A stretch of 54,680 nt of DNA. It comes from Nemertoderma westbladi (Eukaryota > Animalia > Xenacoelomorpha). Shown piece by piece: positions 1 to 12,844 of the stretch. Location of the stretch: the NCBI GenBank assembly GCA_032718475.1, contig JAUCBJ010006165.1, positions 1 through 54,680 on the forward strand, written 5' to 3'. The stretch's first letter is position 1, and every line of letters starts with the position of its first letter. A program made the position numbers and the translations under genes. The notes beneath the pieces were generated by a model. The model saw only the letters and a list, made by a program, of their open reading frames with translations, did not search any database and was not told the origin of the DNA.

Positions 1-3000
1 ATACACGTTCTACCACACAGCAACCTACCCAACCACTCCAAGTTGGCACGTTCTACCACACAGCAACCTACCCAACCACTCCAAGTAGGCACGTTCTACC
101 GCACAGCAACCTACCCAACCACTCCAAGTTGGCACGTTCTACCACACAGCAACCTACCCAACCACTCCAAGTTGGCACGTTCTACCACACAGCAACCTAC
201 CCAACCACTCCAAGTTGGCACGTTCTACCACACAGCAACCTACCCAACCACTCCCAAGTTGGCACGTTCTACCACACAGCAACCTACCCAACCACTCCAA
301 GTTGACACGTTCTACCACACAGCAACCTACCCAACCACTCCAAGTTGACACGTTCTACCACACAGCAACCTACCCAACCACTCCAAGTTGGCACGTTCTA
401 CCACACAGCAACCTACCCAACCACTCCAAGTTGGCACGTTCTACCACACAGCAACCTACCCAACCACTCCAAGTTGGCACGTTCTACCACACAGCAACCT
501 ACCCAACCACTCCCAAGTTGGCACGTTCTACCACACAGCAAACTACCCAACCACTCCAAGTTGGCACGTTCTACCACACAGCAACCTACCCAACCACTCC
601 AAGTTGGCACGTTCTACCACACAGCAACCTACCCAACCACTCCAAGTTGGCACGTTCTACCACACAGCAACCTACCCAACCACTCCAAGTTGGCACGTTC
701 TACCACACAGCAACCTACCCAACCACTCCAAGTTGGCACGTTCTACCACACAGCAACCTACCCAACCACTCCAAGTTGGCACGTTCTACCACACAGCAAC
801 CTACCCAACCACTCCAAGTTGGCACGTTCTACCACACAGCAACCTACCCAACCACTCCTAGTTGGCACGTTCTACCACACAGCAACCTACCCAACCACTC
901 CTAGTTGGCACGTTCTACCACACAGCAACCTACCCAACCACTCCTAGTTGGCACGTTCTACCACACAGCAACCTACCCAACCACTCCAAGTTGGCACGTT
1001 CTACCACACAGCAACCTACCCAACCACTCCTAGTTGGCACGTTCTACCACACAGCAACCTACCCAACCACTCCAAGTTGACACGTTCTACCACACAGCAA
1101 CCTACCCAACCACTCCTAGTTGGCACGTTCTACCACACAGCAACCTACCCAACCACTCCAAGTAGGCACGTTCTACCGCACAGCAACCTACCCAACCACT
1201 CCAAGTTGGCACGTTCTACCACACAGCAACCTACCCAACCACTCCAAGTTGGCACGTTCTACCACACAGCAACCTACCCAACCACTCCAAGTTGGCACGT
1301 TCTACCACACAGCAACCTACCCAACCACTCCCAAGTTGGCACGTTCTACCACACAGCAACCTACCCAACCACTCCAAGTTGACACGTTCTACCACACAGC
1401 AACCTACCCAACCACTCCAAGTTGGCACGTTCTACCACACAGCAACCTACCCAACCACTCCAAGTTGGCACGTTCTACCACACAGCAACCTACCCAACCA
1501 CTCCAAGTTGGCACGTTCTACCACACAGCAACCTACCCAACCACTCCCAAGTTGGCACGTTCTACCACACAGCAAACTACCCAACCACTCCAAGTTGGCA
1601 CGTTCTACCACACAGCAACCTACCCAACCACTCCAAGTTGGCACGTTCTACCACACAGCAACCTACCCAACCACTCCAAGTTGGCACGTTCTACCACACA
1701 GCAACCTACCCAACCACTCCAAGTTGGCACGTTCTACCACACAGCAACCTACCCAACCACTCCAAGTTGGCACGTTCTACCACACAGCAACCTACCCAAC
1801 CACTCCAAGTTGGCACGTTCTACCACACAGCAACCTACCCAACCACTCCAAGTTGGCACGTTCTACCACACAGCAACCTACCCAACCACTCCTAGTTGGC
1901 ACGTTCTACCACACAGCAACCTACCCAACCACTCCAAGTTGGCACGTTCTACCACACAGCAACCTACCCAACCACTCCTAGTTGGCACGTTCTACCACAC
2001 AGCAACCTACCCAACCACTCCAAGTTGGCACGTTCTACCACACAGCAACCTACCCAACCACTCCTAGTTGGCACGTTCTACCACACAGCAACCTACCCAA
2101 CCACTCCTAGTTGGCACGTTCTACCACACAGCAACCTACCCAACCACTCCTAGTTGGCACGTTCTACCACACAGCAACCTACCCAACCACTCCAAGTTGG
2201 CACGTTCTACCACACAGCAACCTACCCAACCACTCCAAGTTGGCACGTTCTACCACACAGCAACCTACCCAACCACTCCACGTTGGCACGTTCTACCACA
2301 CAGCAACCTACCCAACCACTCCAAATTGGCACGTTCTACCACACAGCAACCTACCCAACCACTCCAAGTTGGCACGTTATACCACACAGTAACCTACCCA
2401 ACCACTCCAAGTTGGCACGTTCTACCACACAGCAACCTACCCAACCACTCCAAGTAGGCACGTTCTACCACACAGCAACCTACCCAACCACTCCAAGTTG
2501 GCACGTTCTATCACACAGCAACCTACCCAACCACTCCAAGTTGGCACGTTCTACCACACAGCAACCTACCCAACCACTCCAAGTTGGCACGTTCTACCAC
2601 ACAGCAACCTACCCAACCACTCCAAGTTGGCACGTTCTACCACACAGCAACCTACCCAACCACTCCAAGTAGGCACGTTCTACCACACAGCAACCTACCC
2701 AACCACTCCAAGTTGGCACGTTCTACCACACAGCAACCTACCCAACCACTCCAAGTTGGCACGTTCTACCACACAGCAACCTACCCAACCACTCCAAGTT
2801 GACACGTTCTACCACACAGCAACCTACCCAACCACTCCAAGTAGGCACGTTCTACCACACAGCAACCTACCCAACCACTCCAAGTTGACACGTTCTACCA
2901 CACAGCAACCTACCCACCACTCCAAGTTGGCACGTTCTACCACACAGCAACCTACCCAACCACTCCTAGTTGGCACGTTCTACCACACAGCAACCTACCC

Positions 3001-3958
3001 AACCACTCCAAGTTGACACGTTCTACCACACAGCAACCTACCCAACCACTCCAAGTTGGCACGTTCTACCACACAGCAACCTACCCAACCACTCCAAGGT
3101 TGGCACGTTCTACCACACAGCAACCTACCCAACCACTCCAAGTTGGCGCGTTCTACCACACAGCAACCTACCCAACCACTCCAAGTTGGCACGTTCTACC
3201 ACACAGCAACCTACCCAACCACTCCAAGTTGGCACGTTCTACCACACAGCAACCTACCCAACCACTCCAAGGTTGGCACGTTCTACCACACAGCAACCTA
3301 CCCAACCACTCCAAGTTGGCACGTTCTACCACACAGCAACCTACCCAACCACTCCAAGTTGGCACGTTCTACCACACAGCAACCTACCCAACCACTCCTA
3401 GTTGGCACGTTCTACCACACAGCAACCTACCCAACCACTCAAAGTTGGCACGTTCTACCACACAGCAACCTACCCAACCACTCAAGTTGGCACGTTCTAC
3501 CACACAGCAACCTACCCAACCACTCCAAGTAGGCACGTTCTACCACACAGCAACCTACCCAACCACTCCAAGTTGGCACGTTCTACCACGCAGCAACCTA
3601 CCCAACCACTCCAAGTTGGCACGTTCTACCACACAGCAACCTACCCAACCACTCCAAGTAGGCACGTTCTACCGCACAGCAACCTACACAACCACTCCAA
3701 GTTGGCACGTTCTACCACACAGCAACCTAGCCAACCACTCCAAGTTGGCACGTTCTACCACGCAGCAACCTACCCAACCACTCCAAGTTGGCACGTTCTA
3801 CCACACAGCAACCTACCCAACCACTCCAAGTAGGCACGTTCTACCACACAGCAACCTACCCAACCACTCCAAGTAGGCACGTTCTACCGCACAGCAACCT
3901 ACACAACCACTCCAAGTTGGCACGTTCTACCACACAGCAACCTACCCAACCACTCCAC
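1..3958. repeat. 43-bp tandem satellite (ttggcacgttctaccacacagcaacctacccaaccactccaag), ~92 copies
   Basis: Directly visible 43-bp period with few variants. A variant pattern at ~81-540 recurs ~1034-1077 bp later. The overlapping ORFs in the track are translations of the repeat. Confidence 0.98.
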
Positions 3959-4049
3959 ATTGCTACGTCCTGCCACACTTAAGGCGCGCTTATTTAGAGC
4001 AGCAGTAGTTCCAGTACTCCCATGTATGTTGGAATCCATGCTGAGCTCT
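3959..4049 (+). mobile_element. Short RTE-type LINE fragment
   Basis: cttaaggcgcgcttatttagagcagcagtagttccagtactcc translates as LKARLFRAAVVPVL and matches the RTE fragment at 10047-11845 on the opposite strand. Confidence 0.6.
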
Positions 4050-4620
4050 AATAATAATATTTATTTAAATCATCCAACAAGTATGGACATAGGCACCAAC
4101 TGCACAATTTAAAATGAAAATAAATACAAATAAAACAAATAATATTGGAATACTGCAAATAAAATAAAAAGTTCAAAAAAACATATCATAATTAATGTAG
4201 ATACAGATACTGTAGCACTATTTACAGTAAAAAAGGAAACTTTCATAAATTGAAGATTCAATTAGACAGGATAAATGCTGGAGGGCACTAGGATTTGATG
4301 CCATTAAATAAATATCATCAGTGTACATACAGTACAATGGTTAATACAAACAGTGTCAATATTACATCCAATCTCAGATAAATTCAGTTGAAAACTTTAC
4401 TCATCCACAAAAATATTGAATAATCTCGGGCTTAGTATACTCCCCTGACTGACACCATTGTGACACGATAATTCACTACAGTAGAGTAACAACCGTTCCA
4501 TATAAACAATATTGGTTATTATTCCAAAACATAATTATACGTAAGATAAATAATGGGATTGTTGGATGCCAACAGCATAAACCTGCTGTTGACGAGAGAG
4601 ATACAAGTGCCTAAATCCAA
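4050..4620 (-). mobile_element. Degenerate non-LTR retrotransposon (CR1/L2-group-like) RT fragment with 3' tail
   Basis: The minus strand reads NGVSQGSILSPRLFNIFVDE*SFQLNLSEIGCNIDTVCINH...TDDIYLMA (RT motifs with stops and frameshifts). It ends in aaataaatattattatt near 4050. Confidence 0.65.
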
Positions 4621-6289
4621 AACGTGACAAACGTTCTCGTCTACTCTCTCAAACCAGGAAAGGCAGAAAATCAGTCTAGGAGCAGACAAAACTCGCCAGA
4701 AAACAATCCCCGCGCAGCGAATCCTAAACTAATAACGCAGAACGCTGACGGCCCTGGCTACGTTCGCAGACTTGCCACGGGTGTGATTTATATGGGGGGG
4801 GGGGGGGGGGGGGGGGGGGGGGGCTGGTTTGCTAGCTAAACACTATCATACTAGTGGCAAATCAACATGCTAATTTTTTAATCTAAGAAAATGGCGGAAC
4901 AAAATTATATCAAACAGTTTGTGTAAATATACACCTTTTATTACTTGGGGTTGGTGGTCGGTAGGGCAAAATTGGCTGCTGGATTGCTAGAATAAATCCA
5001 GCCACCCTTCTGTAAGTAGGTCTAATACTCACAAATGATGAGGGCTCTCCTTCGTATTTGGGATTCAATTGGGCATGCAAGGTGTTACAGTATTAGCTAC
5101 GACTGAATTCGGCACCCCTTTACCAGACTTTAATTAAGCAGTTGTAAGGAAAGCTTGAAAAGTTGCTAATTATATTTTATTTATATTTCACGTCAAGCTA
5201 CTAATAGTAAAAAACCGTACCGGTAGGTACCGGTATGTACAACAAGTAAAGAAAAATCGACTGGAGACCCAGACATGCATGTAATCAGTGATCAGCTGAC
5301 TGCAGACAGCTGATCGGTAGGTTTCGCCCCAATACAGCGGGCTTTCTCAGGATGCTCAAGCTAGCAGGACGACAGTAGAGTGAAGTTCCCAAAGGAGAAT
5401 AACAGGCAAAGTGTGATGGGGCTGATACATACTAACTAACCACTGGGAAGCAGCACAACAAACTTGTGGATGTAGAACCCACGGACCGTCTCTACTCACT
5501 GGACGTTGTGAGTTTATATTCACTAACGTCCCACTGAGGGAGGCGGTGCAGCATGTTTAGCTCTAGGGAAAAAAGAAACCAAGATTTCATTAAATATGTT
5601 TCCCTGCGAAAAAAACAATATAAAGCAAATAATAAAATTAAATGCATTTTAGAGGAATTTCTTAAATTGGATTTCATTTGTTGAAAAAGCATCGAAGTAG
5701 AAAAGGTTTGAAAGTAATTTGAGCAAAATCCATTCACTCAAAAGTTATTGCAACTTTAGTGCCTGCAAGACGAACTCCAAAACGGATCACAATATCCAAT
5801 ATTGGTTTATGTAGTTAAGCGGCTCTCTAGTTACATAATAAATATTCTAGAACACTAAACTATTTAACATTGAGTAAGGCAGCATCGGGAGTTGATTAGT
5901 ACAATAATTGGAATCGCCGTAACTATGGAAGCAATATAGTTAAATACTACAGTTCAATTGATTTTGTAAGACTATTTGTTTGTATCTGTTATTTATTGTC
6001 GTACGACGTAAATATTTTTCAATTTAAACTCTAATCTCTATTAGTCTCGCTGGCACTCAGTATATAATATAGGAGAGAACAGTGAAAAGTTACATATTTT
6101 TTCCAAGTCAAAAGATAATTCGGTAACCCAGATAGAAGGAAGTGAAATTGTATTTCTTATTTCAGTGGGCTTCAACAATATTGGATAAAGTTCGTGAGTC
6201 AAAGGATAACTAATTGTAAGGAAAGTACTGTTAAACGCACGGAATTGTAAATAATATACTGAATATATACCTATTGTAATCACAGGCAC

Positions 6290-6471
6290 ATGATTACTCT
6301 AAAAAATAAATCTGTAACCTGTGATATTGCGTTTAGTTTATTGTTTTGGTTAAAATAACGTGCCACTGTAACCTGCTCCTTTTCTTAAATTGAGAATATA
6401 ATTGAGGCGGGATATTAATTCGCCAAGGCGGGTTTTACGTCCAGTTCCCCCCCCCCCCCCCCCCCCCCCCC
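6290..6471 (+). repeat. Dispersed repeat ending in a C-run; related copies at ~10683-10858 (inverted) and ~11174-11280
   Basis: Shared motifs tgattact...aatctgtaac...gtttattgttttggtta; two of the copies also share attgaggcg.gatattaattcg next to a C/G run. Confidence 0.6.
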
Positions 6472-6972
6472 TGTCTCGTTTCATAGAAAAATAGGCCCTA
6501 CAGCTTTCGTTAAAAAGAAAATACAAAAACGTATAAAAACTATAACTTCTTGAATAATAAAACAATTTAGTCAAAATTAATTGTTGAACCCTTGTTTACA
6601 ATTCCACGTGTTTCTGAGGGGAGAGCCTTTGATGCGTTAGGAGACAGACAGTTGGATACTCCATGCCGAAACCGAACCCAAACACAGCCTCAACAACAAC
6701 TGCATAATGTTGAGTTAGTCACTGTGGGTTCAGATAGTACTAACCGAATGTAATCAATTGATTTCCTTATTAATAATAATACAATTTGTATAATTGTTTA
6801 TTCCAAATGGGACAAAAAAATTAATTAGAGCACAAAAGTGTTAAAATATTGGTTACCAGTAAATAAATTACTATAAATTAAATATATAAAACCAAGTCTT
6901 ACCCTGCACTATGTAAACTACATCACCAAATCAGAACCAAAAATAGTTTGGCACCAAATTTTAGTAGACAAC

Positions 6973-8202
6973 ATATGTGTCAGTGTCCAAAGAAATGGCC
7001 CTAAGTTCAAATTTTCGAATTTCTGTTGTAGAATTGTATTCCCCTATAAAAGGCGGTCATTTTGATACCAAATTGGGATCTTTATGATCATTGTTGACCA
7101 AGTTATGCCGAATTTTGTTTTGAAGATCCATGATATATGCGAATTAACAAAGTGGAGTAAATCGATGTTTTAAAGTTCAGTAAATTGAAGCTGGTATGCA
7201 TGCCTATGGTAGGCCTATACATGCCAACATTGAGTGCTATGGTAGGCCTATACATGCCAACATTGAGTGCTATGGTAGGCCTATACATGCCAACATTGAG
7301 TGCTATGGTAGGCCTATACATGCCAACATTGAGTGCTATGGTAGGCCTATACATGCCAACATTGAGTGCTATGGTAGGCCTATACATGCCAACATTGAGT
7401 GCTATGGTAGGCCTATACATGCCAACATTGAGTGCTATGGAGGCCTATACATGCCAACATTGAGTGCTATGGTAGGCCTATACATGCCAACATTGAGTTT
7501 CAAATTCAAATTGTATCGGTTTAATGAACTTTCATTCAAATATCTCTATTTTGGCATGTTCTAGCATTCAACATAGCGAATTCAACTGAACTAAATATAA
7601 TTCTACAAGGAAAACGAAATTACTACTTTTCACTGGGTGAATGTTGGTGCACCAAAATTGCACCAAAATGTCAAATTTTCGATTTCTTGAAATTTCATTG
7701 AATATTATGAATTTCATTTTTTTATAGGTTTTCTGTGATAAGGAATTCAACGGATCCAAGTAAAAAACAAACAGACCAATGGAACTACTACTTTTCAATG
7801 GGTGCAAAAATTTGGTGCCAGCACCAAAATTTCAAATTTAGCACCCAACGAAAAATAATACAACCGTCCATTCAGTCAATTCATAAATATTGTCATTGCA
7901 TTCGGCACCCCACAAAACCTATGTAGATTGTGAATCAGAGCTTATAAGTGATTATTTCGGATTTCTGAAAATTGAAATTTTTGTGTTTTAACAATTTTTG
8001 AGTGTCCCTTACTCATCGCTACATAGCGTCAAAACGAAAAAAGATGTGACGAAGCCGATTGTATATTTGAAATCTCCATAAAATTTCGGACATAATGAGG
8101 TAATAAAAAGAAAATCGATTTTTTTGACATCTGACTAAATGTTGAGATAAACAGAAACGGCGTTTTAAACTTAAGGGCCCTTCTTTGGACACTGACACAT
8201 AT
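6973..8202. mobile_element. Non-autonomous DNA transposon (MITE), superfamily unassigned
   Basis: Terminal inverted repeats atatgtgtcagtgtccaaagaa(atggccctaag) and (cttaagggccc)ttctttggacactgacacatat. No coding capacity and no clear long TSD. Confidence 0.8.
7205..7498. repeat. 33-bp minisatellite (tatggtaggcctatacatgccaacattgagtgc) x~9 inside the MITE
   Basis: Near-perfect tandem copies, directly visible. Confidence 0.95.
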
Positions 8203-8218
8203 TCAAGACTAAATAAAT

Positions 8219-9337
8219 GGTATACAGACGTTTCGGCCTAGGACGTTTCGGTCCAGGACGTTTCGGCCCGGACGATTCGGCCCGGACGATTCGGTCCGGA
8301 CGTTTCGGCCCATGACTGCAACGGAACGAAAAGGCCAAGTTGTTTTATTATATGTTAATAATTATTCATTAAAATTAGACTTATTTCACAATAACATACA
8401 AACAACACTAAGTGTTGTTAAGTCTTAATGAAATATCTGTTATGAAAAGGCTATTTAATTTACCTTTATTACAAAATTAAATAAACAATATGTCTATCTT
8501 GACTACTTTAGAATAGGTGGATCAGAGTTCCTACTATGTAACAATTGTTCTAGTAACGTAAAAACCTCAAAACAAATATATTGAACAACTTATTCTTAAA
8601 ATTATGTTTGGTTTATATTTGCTTTGTAAGAAGTGATGATGAGGATGACATATTTAAAAATAGTAGAATAACTTAATAAAGTAATTGATTTAATTTTGTA
8701 ACAATAAAGACAATATTAACGATTGGAGGACTGTAAACTAGCACTGGTATTTCGCATACCGGTAGCAATTCTAGAACAGGTGATACCTGATATCTTGTTT
8801 ATCACATATGTTCGAACGTCGGAACGTCTTGCTCTTGAACGCGAAGGGAGAATAGCACAAAATTACAGTAGTAAGACAAACAATATCCCGCATTAATTTA
8901 GTACTATATGTTGCAAATAATCTTAGTTTTTATACTATATATGAGTATTTACAGTATACAGAAGCTTCTACAAATAAACCTTGTGTATAACTTAACTACT
9001 GATGTCAATTTATCTGCGTCAGGTTCTACATGTATAACCGTATATCACATTCTGGGTCAGGCGATAATCTATGTATAATAGTAATTGGAGCTGGAGGTTA
9101 AACATTAGTCCAATTTAAAATAATTAATCGGTATTATAATTAACAGTTAAAAGTATTAAAATTATATGCATATAATCTTCTACATATTACATTGTGTAGA
9201 CTAAACTTATATTTGACTTATTTAAGTGAGTAAAGTGAATCTTTGGGCCAAAACGTCCGACAAACAAATCTTCTATTTAACTCATTGGGCCGAAACGTCC
9301 TAGGCCAAAACGCCTTAGACCGAAACGTCTGTTACCC
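8219..9337. mobile_element. Mutator (MULE)-like non-autonomous element with 9-bp TSD
   Basis: TIRs ggtatacagacgtttcgg... / ...ccgaaacgtctgttaccc are built of 13-14 bp ggacgtttcggccc subrepeats. An identical 9-bp flank taaataaat lies at 8210-8218 and 9338-9346. Confidence 0.85.
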
Positions 9338-9731
9338 TAAATAAATACCAAATTGGATTCTCGCAGCGTACTAACAACTACATGATAAGGTCCAGACTCT
9401 GTGAGTGCGAAGTCCTCCCCTCAGTGTACGTACCGGTACCGGAACCGGTACCGGTACGTAATTTAAAAAAACTAATTGCAACTTATCGATAAGAAGAAGA
9501 ATAATGGAATACAAATGGAATACGAATGGAATACAAATGGAATACGAATATTGTTTGTTCCAGATTTAAAGGAGACAGTCCCGTGTGAACGATGGAATAT
9601 AATGTCCCTTAGTTTGTGGAGTTGAATCGTAAAATGGTATTAACTGGAGAGGCGACAGTTATAAACATCACAACAACTGTGGTGGTTGCGATTGTTAAAA
9701 AGGCAACAGGTAGAGCCGTGAGTGGTGATAG

Positions 9732-9913
9732 CTAACTGGTAGACAAGCTTCTCTGGTGGTTTGTACTGAAACCGGCATCGAATCCAGTGAGCGGGGTCGG
9801 TAGGGCGTCGTGGTAACCGCTGTCTGCCAGCAGAGAGTCTATAATGTCCCGCATCTGGGAGTAGGTGATCCCAGCTGAATCCATTGGATCAGAGAGTTCG
9901 CTGATAAGGGATC
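9732..9913 (-). CDS. NEK10: NEK10 last coding exon
   Basis: Acceptor tttctatag|GA. Encodes GSLISELSDPMDSAGITYSQMRDIIDSLLADSGYH...STS-stop, resembling the NEK10 C-terminal GITYEQMQxxIExxLxESGY motif. Phase matches the previous exon. Confidence 0.85.
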
Positions 9914-10046
9914 CTATAGAAATAAAGTGTTAATAACAATAAGTAGAGATCCAACATTCTTATTAAACCAGTGAATAGTTACCGGTATATATTCAGTGGT
10001 AATTGTTACTACTACTAGTATCGGCATGCTGCATTGCAGCTGCATT

Positions 10047-11845
10047 TTAAGAATGCTGTGCCGGCTTGTCGACAAAATTGCGCCGCCACAACTCCCTATC
10101 ACCCATGACATTTGCTAGATCATCCGCATCTTCAAGGCCAGTGTCCTTTAAGATGCGTCTAAAGAAAGTCATGGGCTGTCCACCATGCTTATTCACTCCA
10201 TGAGGCTGCCAAAGTACAAGATTATGCACTGGTTGGTCCTCACGGCGAAAGCAATGTCCTGCAAAGCGGAGGCGATTTTGTTCTAGTGTCAAGCTTGGGG
10301 GAACCAATGAGACACCTCCAATGTTATATAGTGTCTGGTTGGAGATGTGTGCATTGTACTTGAGACAATGAACCCGGTGTAGCATTCTTGTGAATGTGCC
10401 ATCCAGAGATTTGGTGTCCTCAGCAGTTAGAGCCCAGCATGGACTCCCATAGAGGAGTACTGGAACAGTACAGCAGTTAGAGCCCCATGCTGGGCTCTAA
10501 CTGCTGAGGACACCAGTCTAAGGATGCGACAGAGCTAAAATTTCATCCGGAGCCGGAGCCCGGAGGTTCCTCCGGATTACAATATGAGCTCCGGCCGGAG
10601 ACGGAGCCGGAGCCGGAGTTTGGTGATTGATAATTCCAGTGTATTATTATATTAGACATAAACAGATGTGTCCATGAGACATGGGGGGGGGGGGGGGGTG
10701 GATTTGATGCAATTTCTTACTCGACGAATTAATATCTCGCCTCAATGTTAAATTATCAATTAAGGGAAATGAGCAATTTACAGTCGCATACTATTATAAT
10801 CAAAACAATAAACTAACTATATTCAATATAACAGATTACAGTTTTTTGTAGTAATCAGCAGTTATTTGCGTCGATTTTCCCCTGGAGAGGGAAGGGATGA
10901 ATTTATATTGCGTCCAAAGACTCCCTGCTGTAAAATGGTACATAAACCAATGGGTATTGTGACGAAGCCAAAAAAACTATATTGGAGGGGGGGGGGGGGG
11001 GGGGGGGGGTGGGGTGAGTGATACTCTACCGACATCAAAACAACGCAGGACATTATTATGACCATCGCTAATTATGTCTATAATTTATGTCAGGTAATGC
11101 GTCATAGGTCCTATAGTCTTTAGGTCCCGTGACAAAATGTCCTGCGACAATAGATATTTAGTTACAACAGCTATGATTACTAGTATAAAATTAATCTGTA
11201 ACATGTGCTGTCGAGTCTTGTTTATTGTTTTGGTTAGAATAATACCGGTCCGTCACTATATAACCTGCACCCTTCTCGACTGAAAAAACGACATGAACAG
11301 TACCAACCTGTTGTGGATGGGGGTGGGGGTCAGTGGAATTGGGGATCTATAGACTGACGAACGAAACGAGAGTACATGTACAGTATTTAATATTTTTAAT
11401 TAGGGAAGAATATTAATTGAATTAACTGAATCATTTCAATGTTTTTGTTTAAATATTTAAACAATTTCACAAGAGGGGAGCCAAGGGGGTAACCATGAAA
11501 TTTAAAAAAAACAAGCTGTAAATTACTTAATGAGTTATTATGTTAATTACTATGATATTTACATTATTCATACATCAGAAAAACTTATTATTTTAATTCG
11601 AATTTAAACAATATAAGCTCCGGATTGGCTCCGGGTTAATTTGCCCGGAGCCGGAACCAGAGCCGGAACTAGAAAATTGGCCCGGAGCTCCGGATTTCCG
11701 GAGCCGGAGCCGGAGCTCTGTCGCATCCCTAGACACCACTGCTGCTCTAAATAATCGGACCTTAAGTTTCCGATTAATTCTCGGTGACTACCAAATCCTG
11801 GAAAGCCTATTCAAGGCTGCCCATGCCTTTCCCTTACGTATTCGT
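10047..11845 (-). mobile_element. RTE-clade LINE 3' fragment, split by a DNA transposon insertion
   Basis: 11845-11740 reads RIRKGKAWAALNRLSRIW*SPRINRKLKVRLFRAA. It continues at ~10466 as VPVLLYGSPCWALTAEDTKSLDGTFTRMLHRV...RLRFAGHCFR...MGDRELWR, typical of an RTE C-terminus. Confidence 0.8.
10519..11731. mobile_element. hAT-like non-autonomous element with ccggag subterminal repeats
   Basis: TIRs taaggatgcgacagagct / agctctgtcgcatcccta, with clusters of ccggagccggag near both ends. No clean TSD. Confidence 0.75.
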
Positions 11846-12340
11846 GGTAATTTTTAACAGACCTTACAGTTATTAGTGTTTCAAACTCCGGTACCTTTTA
11901 GGTTCTTGCTAGTTAAACTCTTAGGGAGTTGGTGTTGTAGGTTGTTAAGATGTGGAGAATGCCTCGTTATTTTGGAACGCAGTCAGCCGAGGAAGAGACA
12001 CTACAACTCTACGTGCAGAAACAGTGGAATATTCTGATCTCCAGGAACTACTGAAGTTTAGAACATTGAATGATTTAAACGATACCGAGTTATACTCTTA
12101 GGAGTGTTACTCAGAGTTTTAGTTATACTCTTTATCTCTTAGGAAGATTTACAGAGCGTCGATACAAAATTACAAGAATAAATAGCAAAAACATTTTGCT
12201 GAGGCAAATGGAAACAGCATTGATGTCAGAGATGCCGCGAGAACTGCAGAAGAAATCGAGGTTAAGCGAAATTAAATAAAAGTTTATTGAAATATTTCCA
12301 TTTAGTACTGAATGTAAATAAATCGAGGAATTCGACTAAC

Positions 12341-12506
12341 CAATTAATCCGTCTTTTGCATCAGTTAAGGCACTTTTTGTGTCGCTAGCAGAATTTATTG
12401 AAGATCCTGCCTTCTTGTGAGCCTCTTCCACTGCCAGACGAAGTAAGTTCCCGTTGTCATGGATACCAAATTCCAAGTCAATGTATTCCGGACTGCCAAC
12501 AATTAG
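12341..12506 (-). CDS. NEK10: NEK10 internal exon
   Basis: ttttcag|CTA...ATTG|gttagt. Encodes LIVGSPEYIDLEFG...; 166 nt, phase 0 to 1, consistent with both neighbours. Confidence 0.8.
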
Positions 12507-12664
12507 CTGAAAACATAGGAAAATAGTGAATTTCTGATATATTGATTTTGTTTATAGGAAATTAATGGCAATTTTTTATCCCCCGGTGTTAAGTGATAGA
12601 ATGTGCCCTTGTGTGATACATTAATTAACTGTTGAATATCTTTATACAGACAAAATAGACTCAC

Positions 12665-12844
12665 CTTTCGAACCTCAGCCTTGAGACTAATGACCCCGCA
12701 GTGGGGGGAGAATAAAGCACGTTTAAGCAGTTCCACTACCCGTCGCCTGGGGTCGTGAGCTAACGTTGGTGGTAATTGGCTGATGTAGACCAGCTGATGG
12801 ATCATAAGCAGCATATCGATAATGGGGTCGTTGATTTGCCGTAA
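12665..12844 (-). CDS. NEK10: NEK10 internal exon (conserved C-terminal block)
   Basis: ccatag|TTA...AAG|gtgagt. LRQINDPIIDMLLMIHQLVYISQLPPTLAHDPRRRVVELLKRALFS resembles NEK10 VRQISDPIQQILIQLHKIIYITQLPP; 180 nt. Confidence 0.92.

Noticed and set aside
43-3982. Many overlapping ORFs in the 43-bp array
   Set aside because: They are translations of a stop-poor tandem repeat in all frames, with no protein signature.
4793-4823. Long G/C homopolymers here and elsewhere as G-quadruplex elements
   Set aside because: Several belong to repeat families, and homopolymer length may be a sequencing or assembly artefact.
7205-7498. Donor-like G|GTA motifs in the 33-, 19- and 43-bp repeats suggesting they too are splice-site arrays
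   Set aside because: I could not find an adjoining exon for any of them, and such short motifs are common by chance.
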